A stretch of 64,000 bases of DNA, taken from Cirrosporium novae-zelandiae. Lineage: Eukaryota. Positions 23,433 through 35,247 of this stretch are shown here, one piece after another (position 1 is the first letter of the stretch; each line of letters opens with the position of its first letter). The notes beneath the pieces are model-generated. The model ran no database searches and was not told where the DNA came from. It worked only from the letters and a program-made list of their open reading frames with translations. Location: the NCBI GenBank assembly GCA_026023565.1, contig JAPETS010000013.1, positions 620,001-684,000 on the forward strand, given 5' to 3'. A program made the translations under genes and the position numbers.

Positions 23433-25142
23433 ATGAATTCTACCCCCTCAACACCAGAAACTCGTCCCCAAACTTCCCTCCGCCGTTCTTTTACTCTCCC
23501 TTCCAGATTCGCCGCCCCTTCTCCTCCTAGTGGTTACAATCCAAGCGATTCCGAAAATGTCGAGACATTGTACACCCATCCATCTGCACGGATCGTCTCC
23601 TTCAGTCCCATGTTCTCCTTGAGTCGGCCAATGTCCTATCCGCAGACGGCGAACAAGGCATCCACAAACGAAGAAATGGGCACCCTTCCATGGGCTTCTT
23701 TGACTGAACGGACAATTGCAGCCGGAGCGCTGAAATTCTATCGAGTCTCCGGTTCTGCAACCTCCAAAGTATCCTTCCTAAACTCGGGCAAAGTTCTTCA
23801 ACCCATTCTAGCGAAATCACAATGTTGGTGTGTCGATGGGGAAACGAAATTCGTCCTCCGAATAAGGGAAAATGCATTCTATAGAATTGAGCTTCCAAAC
23901 AATGGCCAGGAAGATAAAGACAAAGCCGAAGAATTGAAACAAGTGCTTCCCAAGATGCTTCTCTACGAGCTCACCCCATGTCCGTTCAAGCGGGGGTTTA
24001 CCGTTGACTTACCTGAACCACCAAAGGATATTAGAAAGAGGCCCTGGAGGCCACCGGAGCGGACTAAGATAAGGGAAGAGCTAAAAATCGAAGAGGAGAG
24101 AACCGAAGACAGTGCCGACGAATACGCCACGGCAGCTTCTGAGACAGAATCTGATATTGACAGTGATGCTACCAATGGCCCTATTGAAACAACTAGAGCA
24201 TCAGTTGAGGTTCCGGCGCATGCCTCTGTAGCATCGAGAGCCAAAATATTCTCTGCCGCTAGACCTGTATCCCTGCCGCTACCACCTGAGATGAATTATA
24301 AGCTGGCGGCTCACCCAGAATCTGCTCAACCACCCCACCCGTTTAACTTACCAGACGAGCCTTCTAGTATGGCTTCAAGTGTGGACTCCTTCCGATCCTT
24401 CCAAAGCCCTCAGTCATCATTACCTCCTTCACCCCCTTGTTCGGATACAACATCAGTTGCCAATCAGGTTAAAATTTCCCACCAAGAACAGCAGCAGCAG
24501 CAGCAGCAACAACAACAGTATCAACAGCATCAACGGAAAGATGTATCAGAGCTTACGATCACACCTCATTCAATTGGCACGATTGATAATGAACAAGAAG
24601 CAACACCGACTATGCCGCACGTCATACCGTTATCACCAGTACCTCCATCACCAATACCTCCCAAGACCCCAACTCTAGTCCAAGATTCGGATTCACACAG
24701 CGAGATAGAGCTGTCTGAAGCAATTACACCCTCTCCTCCCACCCAGCTGCGCCGTCGCCGTCGACGAGCCGCGTCTTCACGACGCTCCCTCTCACCACTG
24801 CCTCTCCCCGCGAATATCTTCTCCCCTAACCGGGGATCCGGCAACCACCTCACCACCGCAATCCTCCAAAAAACCATTTCACTTGTCCTTGGCCCCCCAG
24901 TCCAACTAGTCGCACTAATGATTAGAATCGCATGCAAAATCGCCGGAGGCACGATGAGAGGATTCGTACTAGGACGTAACGAGCACGGAGAACATGTCCC
25001 TTGCCACTGGGACTACGCAGACGAACCAGACGACCTAGACGAGGATGACTTTGGGGTTTCCCTCCGTTCCTCGTCAGAAGACAGGGCGGCACACGAACAC
25101 GAACGACATGACGGAGTTACTGGATCATGGGATCTAGACTGA
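23433..25142 (+). CDS. INP1: Inheritance of peroxisomes protein Inp1
   Basis: LYTHPSARIVSF, TLPWAS, FLNSG...PILAKSQCWCVD...FVLRI...YRIELP, LVLGPPVQLVALM; poly-Q tract at about 24488-24532. Confidence 0.82.
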   Translation: MNSTPSTPETRPQTSLRRSFTLPSRFAAPSPPSGYNPSDSENVETLYTHPSARIVSFSPMFSLSRPMSYPQTANKASTNEEMGTLPWASLTERTIAAGALKFYRVSGSATSKVSFLNSGKVLQPILAKSQCWCVDGETKFVLRIRENAFYRIELPNNGQEDKDKAEELKQVLPKMLLYELTPCPFKRGFTVDLPEPPKDIRKRPWRPPERTKIREELKIEEERTEDSADEYATAASETESDIDSDATNGPIETTRASVEVPAHASVASRAKIFSAARPVSLPLPPEMNYKLAAHPESAQPPHPFNLPDEPSSMASSVDSFRSFQSPQSSLPPSPPCSDTTSVANQVKISHQEQQQQQQQQQQYQQHQRKDVSELTITPHSIGTIDNEQEATPTMPHVIPLSPVPPSPIPPKTPTLVQDSDSHSEIELSEAITPSPPTQLRRRRRRAASSRRSLSPLPLPANIFSPNRGSGNHLTTAILQKTISLVLGPPVQLVALMIRIACKIAGGTMRGFVLGRNEHGEHVPCHWDYADEPDDLDEDDFGVSLRSSSEDRAAHEHERHDGVTGSWDLD

Positions 25143-26255
25143 ATATAATGATGAAAAAAAAACCCTTCCCCCCGGAAACGTTATGGACCGATAATTTAAA
25201 CACATCAATTAGACATATCTTTGCATGGATGGGGCAAACATAGCCTCGGTGAATATGGTTGGATATCTCGGAAATTGTATGAGGCCTTTTTTTTTCTTTC
25301 ACTCTAGACCTCGTGATCGCTCTGTTCTTTTTTTTTTTGGTGTCATTTGAACGTATTCCAGGAAACTCGGGAGGTATACGGGGAATTGTTTTACCGATAG
25401 GGGAGGAGGAGGGGGATATGGATATCTAGATGTATCAAGCAAGCCACACTACACGATGGTTTATTATGCCGACCCGATCCACACTGGCGTTATTTTTTTT
25501 TGGTCTTTGTTTAAGGGTTTCATGTGTGTGTGTGTGTGTGTTAATACCCCCTTCTTTGTGATCCTAATGAATGAATTTTTTTTTAAAAAAAATATGAAAT
25601 CAGTTGTCATGGGGTTGATAGTGGATTTTTTTTGGGGGGGGAGAGGTGTTTGAGATAAGACTTATATATATCATACATATTTACGGACGCTATTATCTAT
25701 CAAAGGCACTTAGGTAGGTAGGTAGGTAGGTAGTGTACCTATTTATGGAATGGAATGAAATACAAACTTATGGTTATTTATTTCTTAGTGTCTGCTGTCC
25801 TCTCTCACTTACGTGTATGAGAATGTTATCACTTTATACAGTAGTGGTAAGATAATGATAAGCTTAGTTTCCTTCTTTCCAGGTGTTGTTTTTTTATCAT
25901 TTTAAAAGGGGCTTTTACCTACATATATCTATGCGTGGTTGATGGGATGGTATAATAGATATTGCAAAACCCGGGGGGTATATATATTTGATTTGAATGC
26001 TTTATCCTAGTATTCTTCTTGTATCCCCATCAAGGATTTCTAGCTTCATGGTGACCATTTTCGGGTGGTCACTTCCGCTGGGCTGAATCGAGATGGTTGG
26101 TTAGGCTTCGCTCGAATATAATTTGCTAATTAGAATGTTGAGGAAATAAATCATATATCGATATCAGGAGGCCTCCAGAAAGATCCTGGACTCATTTCGC
26201 GTAGCTGTGGCCAAAAGACCGGTATCGCAGAGAGAACGCAACTCTAATATGCAAT

Positions 26256-27139
26256 TTAAATAAGATGCTTCGACCTAAAGCAAAGACTGATTAGCATATC
26301 GTCTCTCTCCCGAAGTTGAATGAAATCATACCTGAAGTAAGCTCTCAAATAAACAACCTGCCAGGCACCTAATCCGACCAGCATACCCATAGTGCCAAAA
26401 GCAAACCATTTAACTCGTTCATTCGTGCTTTCATTGGTATCTCGTAACTTTTGCTCCCTACCTCGGAGGTATTCCATCTCGCCCACAATCTCGCTAACGA
26501 GTTCCTCGACCCGTCGTAGCTCAATCTCGACAGGCTTCAGCTTCTCTGCTGCTTGGATGGCTGACCAATCTCGAGCATCGGCTCCGATATCAATATCAAG
26601 CTCAACATTACGGGTAGGGTTTATGACAGAGTCTAAAGCAAATTAGCACATATTACGGCTCGGTATTGAAGATAAGGGTCGTACGCTTGGCATTCAGGAT
26701 ATTCTCAAAGCAGACATCAAATGCGGAGTCAGCAATAGAGGTAAATGCCATTCTCTTCTCTCCGACAACATCTTTTGGATTTCCGTATTCATTTCCTACG
26801 GCATCTTTGATCTAAGTTGGGACATGCATTGTCAGCTATGTCTTCCATGTAGATGATACGATCCATATCCATGAGTTTTGGAACAGCTCTTGCGACAAGG
26901 ACACGGTTACTGACGTGCATATTAACAATCTGACCATCACCCTTCGAACCGCTTATAATCGCTGTCACAACGACCAACGTGTCCCTAGCGACAAAATTCC
27001 GAATGCATCGTTCATATTGTGAGCTGTGGCCCGTATGTGCGACAAGATCGAACTTTAGAGCAAAGACGGAAGGGAGGATGGCAAGAAAGAAAAACACATT
27101 TAATAAAATCTCGACTGGTCTGAAGGTGCGTGCCATCAT
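26256..27139 (-). CDS. ERV25: p24 family ER-Golgi cargo receptor (Erv25/TMP21); 3 introns
   Basis: Signal peptide, GOLD domain ERCIRNFV...[22 protein letters not shown]-terminal YLRAYFRSKHLI. Confidence 0.93.
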
Positions 27140-27397
27140 GAAGAGAAATACGGGGTTGATAGCAGCAGAGGTGGGTTTTTGAAGATTTGAGACTGAGACA
27201 ACTTGACAAAGGCCAAAGGCCAAAGTTCAACTTGGCCGAAATTGAGTTTGGGGAAATGTTTGTCCAACCAGAGATAAGAACACCAACTACTTCCTCCCTA
27301 TTTGATTTTTACCTACAATTAAGTATACAAAATATGCAATACAGAGCTCATTCTCCCATGTTTTAATTTTCCCACGGCATTTTGATCTTCCTCCTTG

Positions 27398-28270
27398 CTA
27401 GATTTTATTATTCCTCCCAAGGAACTCGAGCATCAACCCCGCAATCTCCTTCGTTTTTGTTTCCCCGACAAAATGTCCCGCGTCCAACAAATGTATCTCT
27501 GCATCCTTCACATCTCTCTTAAAACTTTCTGCTCCTTCTGGAATAAAAAATAAATCATTCTTTCCCCATACAGCCAATACTTGAGTCTGGCTGTCCACCA
27601 ACCATTTCTGAAACTGTGGGTACATCTCCACGTTGTTTTGATAATCCTTGAACAAGTCCAACTGTACCTCGACATTCCCCGGCCTATTTAGCAATGCCCA
27701 GTCGAGAGTGTATGTTTCCGGAGGGATGGACTCGGGATCAGATTCGCCGTGAGTATATTGCCACTTGGTGGTTTCGAGAGTCAGAACGTTCTGGCGGATA
27801 GTATTACGGTCTGAGTCAAGACCAGTCTTCCAGTATTGCTGGATGGGTGCCCATGCTGGACCTAGGCCCTCGACATACGCATTTCCATTTTGGGATATAA
27901 GAGCTGTTACGGCATGGGGCCGTTCCAATGCGAGTCTCAGCCCTGTCGGAGCACCATAGTCGAATATATACATGGCAAACTTTTCGATACTAAGCTTGTC
28001 TAGAAAGGCGCCAATGGTGTGTGCAATATTCCCGAAGGTATATTTATATCCCTCTGGAACATCCGTGAAGCCAAATCCAGGGAGATCTGGGGCAACAACC
28101 CTGTAGCGATTGGTGCTAGTAAGGAGGGGAATCAAGTTCCGAAATTGATGTGAGGAGGTAGGAAACCCGTGGAGAAGAAGAATTACAGGAGCGTCGATGG
28201 GCCCTGCTGAGCGGTAGAAGATATTGCTTCCATCGTCGACGGAGATGCGGGAGATCTTGATGGTGGACAT
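27398..28270 (-). CDS. Alpha/beta hydrolase of the epoxide hydrolase/dehalogenase type (Asp nucleophile); intronless
   Basis: LLHGFPTSSH, APDLPGFG, FDYGAP, VWGKND, DAGHF. Confidence 0.9.
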   Translation of the reverse strand: MSTIKISRISVDDGSNIFYRSAGPIDAPVILLLHGFPTSSHQFRNLIPLLTSTNRYRVVAPDLPGFGFTDVPEGYKYTFGNIAHTIGAFLDKLSIEKFAMYIFDYGAPTGLRLALERPHAVTALISQNGNAYVEGLGPAWAPIQQYWKTGLDSDRNTIRQNVLTLETTKWQYTHGESDPESIPPETYTLDWALLNRPGNVEVQLDLFKDYQNNVEMYPQFQKWLVDSQTQVLAVWGKNDLFFIPEGAESFKRDVKDAEIHLLDAGHFVGETKTKEIAGLMLEFLGRNNKI

Positions 28271-28684
28271 GCTGTCTTGATGATGGTCTCTTCTAGATTT
28301 CTCAAAGTGGGAGTATGAGGGCTGAGGTTTACATTCGATGACTAGGTATTCTGGTTTACCACGACCAACGGCAGAACAGTAGCGGACAACAACTGATTTT
28401 ATAACCAGATCTCTCCTTTTTTCCCTCGGAAATGCATTTCTCTGTCAGATTATAAACCCATCTAACAATCATCACTAATCTAGTCATTTCCAACCAACGT
28501 CTGGAAATCCATACTTTGTATTACCTAATTAATTATACGAGATACCTCTTCCAAAAGGGAAGTTCCAACCTTGATGACGTTTAAGTCAACTTCAAGGCCT
28601 AATAATAAAAAATAACCAAAGAGAGGAAGAGAATTATATGAAAGTGCCTTATCACAGCCCATCGGAGAAACAAAAGAAAATTCA

Positions 28685-28847
28685 CGGTCCGCATCAGGCT
28701 TGAACTATGATTATCTATGTCATTCAAACGTCTCTGGTGAATCTTTCGTTTTAATTACCTGATGACTTTTGCATTTTCCAAATTTTTTTACTTGTACTGT
28801 ACATAGGAATATTAGTACAACACTCTAACCAACTGAGTTAACGGACC
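28685..28847 (-). tRNA. tRNA-Ile(AAT) with a canonical 35-nt intron (28775-28809) and a 54-nt GT-AG intron in the T arm (28705-28758)
   Basis: Spliced 74-mer GGTCCGT TA ACTC AGTTGGTTA GAGT G TTGTA CT AAT AA TGCAA AAGTC ATCAG TTCAAGC CTGAT GCGGACC G, in which all four stems pair. A box, B box and a downstream TTTTCTTTT terminator are present. Functional status unknown. Confidence 0.8.
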
Positions 28848-29361
28848 TGTTTGGTTGAAATTCAACGGCCGGAATGGATCCATATATTACATGTAAAAAA
28901 AAAAGGAATTTTCATCATTCGATGATTTGTCAATTGAAGTTTTAAAAATCTTTGTTGGGTGCTGGACTACTGTGGGTCCCTTCACAACCACTCCAAGTCT
29001 TTTTTTTGCCCTAAAATACTTTTTACTATTAGCATCAAAGTGAACACCTCTTGTGTATTTTATTTAAGCAATGAGAAAGGAAAGCATTCGAGGATAATTA
29101 ATCGAATATCGGTTTTCGGTTGTTGTGGTTGCCCATGACAATTAGTGTCGAATAAGTAACTGGCTGAACCCAATTTCGAGCTTCAGCTTCCATCCTTGCC
29201 CATACTCGAGTAGTATGCCAGCACACACCAACAGCCATTGAATTAATCCCCGGCCAAAGGCCATTGACGTTGACACCCGATCTTTTCTTCCTTACTTTAC
29301 ATTTATACACCCTCTTTTAATTTTTTTTACACGTCTCTCTTTTTTTTTCTCCCTGTCCGCC

Positions 29362-31897
29362 ATGACCTCTTCGCAACACTCCGCATCGCCAATGGCGACG
29401 GTGCGTGTGATTGCACGAGTGCGGCCTCTCCTACCTCATGAAAATGATCGAGATATTATCCTTCGAGCTGATACCGATACAGCCGAAATAAAGATTCCCA
29501 ACCCTAAGAATGTGAATGAGGAGTACAAGTTCAAGTTCCAGGCCGTGTTTGACGCCGAGGCTGGGCAGGGAGATCTTTTTGACGGTGAAGGTAAGATTAA
29601 AGACCGTAGAATTAATCGTTGGGCCAGTCTCTTTGTCTAATTGATTAGTTGCCGCTACAATTCCACATCTATTCAAAGGTCACGACGTTACACTCTTCGC
29701 GTACGGGGTCACTGGGACCGGTAAGACACACACAATGCGAGGCGGAAGGTCTTTAGCAGACCGCGGCATGATTCCTCGACTGCTCTCCGCCGTGTTTCGA
29801 CGCGCCAAGAAACTTGAAAAGGCTTCAGAACATACATCCAAACAGACCACCATTGAGGTTCGCATATCCTATTACGAAATATATAATGATAAGGTCTTTG
29901 ATCTCTTGGAGGCTCCTGAGAAACGAACACCTTCTGGATTGCCAATGCGAGAAGCTGGTGGAGGAAAGGTCGTTTTGGTCGGCTTGACGGAGAAAGTGTG
30001 TAGTAACGTGAAAGAGTTTGAGAGTTTATATGATAAGGGTAACGGAAACCGTTCAACGGCTGGAACAAAATTAAATGCAGTCAGCAGTCGTTCCCACGCA
30101 ATTCTATCTGTCAAGGTTATGGTGACGACAGCCGAAGAGGGTGAAGAGCCTTCCACCCGCGTCAGTACAGCTAGCGCTATTGATCTTGCGGGATCGGAAG
30201 ATAATAGGCGTACAGAGAATGTTGGGGGTAGAATGATTGAATCAGCAAGCATCAACAGGAGCTTGTTCGTGTTGGCCCAATGTGTCGAAGCTATTTCTAA
30301 GAAGCAGCATCGAATACCCTACCGAGAATCTAAAATGACGCGTATCTTATCTTTAGGCCAGAACAATGGCCTCACAGTTATGATATTGAATCTTGCACCA
30401 GTCAAGGCCTTTCACCTGGATACCCTGAGTTCTTTGAATTTTGCAAACCGGACGAAAAAGATTGAGAACCGCGATATCGAGAACGAACCACTTTTCAAGG
30501 GGCCTCCAAGGGCAGTTAAATGTACCGGTACAAGCTCAGGCGAAAGTATTGCTTCAAGGCAACCATTGAGACCGTTGGCATCCGTTGCGAATAAAGACCT
30601 GTTGGCCGACAAAAAGGACAAAGATAAGAATAAGCCAAAGAAAGAGTTTAATGTATATTTAGATCGAGGTCGAACTGCGAAGGTTGAACATACGGATGGA
30701 ATCTTAGGACAAGCAAAAAGAATGCACGAGCCTCCTAAACGATCATCCCCATTGAAGCGAAACTCGTCAACAGATCCTTTCGTTTCTTCTAGCGGTATTG
30801 CAAGGCCTACGAAAGCAATTAAAGCTACCCAATCGCATATCGGCCGCCCCGCACCAACAAGCCAATTCATCAGTAAAGAGATAATTGAATCGCTCGTTCA
30901 ACAAAAGGTTGAAGAAATCCTTGCCGCCCGCAAGGAGGAAGAACGCAATGAGAAACAATCGCAGAGCGGCCCTGAAATTAGTGAGGAGGTACAACGTCGG
31001 CTAGACGAGCTGGAGAAGAAGATATCAAAAAAGGAGGCAGATGACGATGGAAGAGCCGAAGGACTTACATATTTATTAATGGGGAAACAACATCAAATAA
31101 AAGGGGAATACAAAGATGCACTGGAGATGTATGAAATGGCTAAGAAATGGTTCCCGGAAAACAAGAAATTAGATGGGAAGATTAAAGCTATGAGGGGGAA
31201 GCTTATAGACGAAGACGAAATGGCAATGGTGTTGCTTGAGCAAGAGACGGAAGAGCCTGTGATGATAAAAATGCCATTAAAGCACCGTGATATGACTTGG
31301 CAGGGAGAGGAGCCGTCCGAGAAGGTTGAAGAAAATGGTGAACTCGAGTATGATGAGGAGGAATGTGATGATCCACCATTCCCGGAGGATATATATGAAG
31401 AAGAGGCCGGTTCGGACTATGATTCTGATGACGGATTCCGGTTCAAGTCAAAGTCGAAATCACTGAAATCCAAGCCACGGCGTAAACAAAAGGCAAACAC
31501 TAAAGTAAAGGCGGCTCCGATGATGTCAAGGCCTAAATCCCTCGTCTCGATTGGTCTTTCTGCCTCCTCATCAGCGTCTTCCTTGGATGCCATCTCCGTT
31601 CCTTCAACCACGACTAGCAATATCTCGTCGTCTTCCTCGCTTACATCCGCGCCGATCAATGAAGACTGTCCAACTCCCCGTACAATCAAACTACTTCAAA
31701 TTGTCAACTCCCGCGACGTAACGAAAATCCGCCTCCTCAGGGGTGTGGGTGCCAAGAAGGCGGAGGCAATACTGGAGGGGTTGAATGGATGTGAATGGAA
31801 GACCATTCGGAGTTTAGAGGAGTTAGAGAGTCTAAAGGGGGTCGGTGTCAGAAGTGTCGATGGAATGCGAGCAGGGCTATCGGTTGAGGAAGAATGA
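29362..31897 (+). CDS. Kinesin-10 (Kid/KIF22-like) with C-terminal helix-hairpin-helix; intron 29591-29648
   Basis: VRVIARVRP, FAYGVTGTGKTHTM, SSRSHA, IDLAGSED, IPYRESK, HhH LRGVGAKKA...LKGVG. Confidence 0.92.
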
Positions 31898-32340
31898 TGG
31901 CTGAGAGAGCGCGTTTTGCATGGTGTCTAGGTCTTGAGCATTTTCTTCGGTATGCATTTGGTCTTGAGCAAGGCGTTGGATGGAGTTATTGGGATAGGCT
32001 GCCCCCTCAATATAGACAAGGCCGTAGGCAGTCAGTATCAGAATGTTTGGATTGACTATCAAAGTCATACTGGAAGATATTATAATAGATATTGAAGTGA
32101 TCGTCTCTCCTAGTTTGACCGTAATAGTGCTTTGGGGATGCTTCCTCTTTGATGCTTGAATAAAAATGATTAATTTTAGAACCAACAGTACAGTCCTTGG
32201 TTTTTATACTTGCATTATCTAATGATTACTTTGAGTATGCTTAGGCTGATGTCAAAGGGGATTCTGCCAGTCGAATACCTACCGCTTTTGTCCCCAGCTT
32301 TATGTCCCTCTTCTCCGTCATTCCTAAGTCTGTTTCAACA

Positions 32341-33648
32341 ATGCCCCCAGTGGTGAGTCGAAAAACTAAACTTGCTATCTTCAGCATATGTAATGGCTAA
32401 TAAAAACATAAATTGTTGTTTCAGACGCCATCACCTTTTCGCTTCCGCACCCCTTCCAGACCTAAAGCTCAAAATGACCGTCCTTTACCATCATCTCTCT
32501 TTACGCGAACGCCCCATGTACCACCCTCGTCTAATTCCTCTCACCAATTTGCGCCCACACCGAGGTTTCTAATTCCTTCTCAGAGCCAGAAGGAAGATAT
32601 TGGATCTGATAGGGAAGCGACGCCACTGGCAACGCGATCACGAGAATATGGTCATAGTTGGAAGGGTATAGAGGAAGAGGACATTGTCGATGTGACCGAG
32701 GATGGGTACTCGGCTGAAGAGGACGAGGAAATGCTACTGGGCGATGAGAGGGAATCTTTGGTATACGTCCGCAGCACTAAACGCAGAAGGGTAGAATCAA
32801 GCATCGAAAGCGGAAGCCCTGATCTAGGCGACTTTTTAGGAGGTGATAATGTGCATGAAGATAAACATACAAATAAGAGCATGAAAGATGTTCACGATAC
32901 TACAGACCACGAAGCTGGCACCCACTATCGTGATATCGATAAAAATGATTTCACCTCATCGGATGATGATAATCTTCCTTCTATGCCCACTCCTCGTGAG
33001 AAGGGGATACCCAAGTCTCCATCTCTACAGCACAATCCACCTACAATACCGCGAACACCTCGTTTCCTTCTCCCCAGCAGTAAAGCCTTTCCCTCTCCTG
33101 CAATTGATACCACGCCCTCACAGGCCCGTCCCTCCTTTTCCTTCCATCCCCACTCGACATCAGTATCAACTCCAAGGGTACCAGCACAGACGCCTCCACG
33201 TCCTTCTTTCATATTACCTCCAGCTACCCCGGCAGACACCGGTGGAGACGAGCGAACGTTATCAGCTGCTTTTTCACCGTCCAGAAAGGCGGGATACATG
33301 CCGTCCGGTCTAGCAAGTCAGATGTTGAGCATTATCCTCTCAACAGCACAGACGGGAATAAATATGTCAACATATAGGAGACGAGGGCCTGAAGGTGGAG
33401 GTATGGTAGAGGAAATGGTAACTTTGAAGGTTGGGGAAGCGAGGACTGGGAATGGGATTGCTTTTATTTTGGATGAGGAGAACAGGCGAACTGTATTAAT
33501 AGGGCAAGGAAGCAAAGATGGAAAAGTAGTAAGTCAAGGGGAGAGGGTGGGGTTGAGGGCACCACTTTGGGATGTGCAATTGGGGGATAAAGGAAGGTGG
33601 GTTGTAGGTGTTGACTGGGAAATCCTTAAAGAGGATAGGACAGCATAG
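32341..33648 (+). CDS. Hypothetical protein, mostly disordered with a short beta-rich C-terminal domain; intron 32353-32424
   Basis: ATG CCC CCA GTG|GTGAGT...GCTAAT...TTTCAG splices in frame into the 411-aa ORF. Confidence 0.75.
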
Positions 33649-33953
33649 AGGAACTAGATATATTTTTCGATAATCAGTAGTCCTCGTCCCTACAAGTAGG
33701 GGAGGAAGTTGGTCTACCCAGCAATTAATTGGCTGAAAGTTGGTATGAGCTTCTTGAGCAAACAAAGCAAACTTATTGGACTGCAGAAAGAATGACATCA
33801 ATCATACGCAGATTGTTTCAATGCATACCAACACTACTTTCGAAAGTACCAAGTAGCTATAGTAGTCACCATCTTTTACTTGAGAGATTCCTAGTTCATT
33901 CAAAAAAAATCATATTCATCTCCTCTCAATTGAGTCGAATTGCCAATTTCAAG

Positions 33954-35000
33954 ATGCCCCCAACCCGACTACTCCTCCGGACATTCCGCCCCTCCCCCTC
34001 CACCACCACCACCTTGATCCGTCCATTTTCACTCTCCACGATCCATTTCCTCCCCAAGGGACCAGAACCCCACAGCAATTCCCAAGAATGGCAAGAATCC
34101 CAAAAATCCCGACCCCTGAACCCTCATATCACCAACACCACCTCCACAATCAACAACGACATTCCCAAAGTCGGCTCGGACAATGCCCCTCCAGAGCTGC
34201 TAAGTAGTGTCGACGGGAAATATCAGCCGAGGGATAACGTTCCGGGGAATACGGAACACATGACTGGGGGCACACAGTCCGGACACGGCCGAGCGGGAGA
34301 AGGAGGAGGACACGAGTTGAAGGTTGGAGAGCTAGAGGGAGCAAGCTTCAGGATCGAGCCGTTGCGACGAACGGGGGAAGATGAGAACACGTTACGGGCG
34401 AGATTAATATGTATGCCCCTTATACCATCATTATCATTATCATCATCATCATCATCATCATCATTATTATTTCCAATTCTAAGTCCCCCTTTCCTCCCCA
34501 CCCCTCCTTAAACCGATTAATAACCTATACGAAATAAAAAAAAAGACCAATCCCGCAAACGCGGAACCCTAGAATCCGACCTCCTCCTCTCCACCTTCGC
34601 TTCAGCCCACCTCTCCCACATGACCCCAACCCAACTCCACCAATACGACCTCTTCCTCGACGAAAACGACTGGGACATTTACTACTGGTGCACACAACCC
34701 CCCTCTGACCCCACTCCCTCTGACACCACCAACACAACCCACCTCCCCAGCAACCCCAAAAACGGCGAATGGGCCCAAACAGTGGGAACCTTTCGCCCAG
34801 CATACAGACCCGTTCCCCAGCGGTGGAGGGACAGCGAGATTTTGGATATGTTGAGGAAACATGTTGAGGAGAAGTCGGCAGATGGATTGTTTCATTTTGA
34901 CAAGAGGGGGAAGAGGGTTGAGGGGGAAGGGTTGAAGAGGGGGGTGGGGAATGGGAGGGGCTTGGGGAGGATGCCTGAGGTAGGGGTTTTGGATCGTTGA
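33954..35000 (+). CDS. SDH5: Succinate dehydrogenase assembly factor 2 (Sdh5/Emi5); intron 34411-34545
   Basis: Mitochondrial presequence-like N-terminus; [39 protein letters not shown]. Confidence 0.92.
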
Positions 35001-35217
35001 GGGGTGGTTGGGGGGTGGGTAGGTAAGAGGTGTCTCCCCCCTCCCCCTTAACCTACCCCTGAAGTTATATGTATGTTTTTTTGTACAGTACAGGCATGTA
35101 CTATTACCACTACTACTATGAGTATATCCATTTCCCTTTACACATCTATATCCCACTCCCCTATCCCCACTAAATTATACGTTCATGTTACACAATACAC
35201 GATACACAATCATAAAA

Positions 35218-35247
35218 GAAGAAGAAGAAGAAGAAGAAGAAGAAGAA
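35218..35247. repeat. (GAA)10 microsatellite
   Basis: Read directly from the sequence. Confidence 0.9.
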
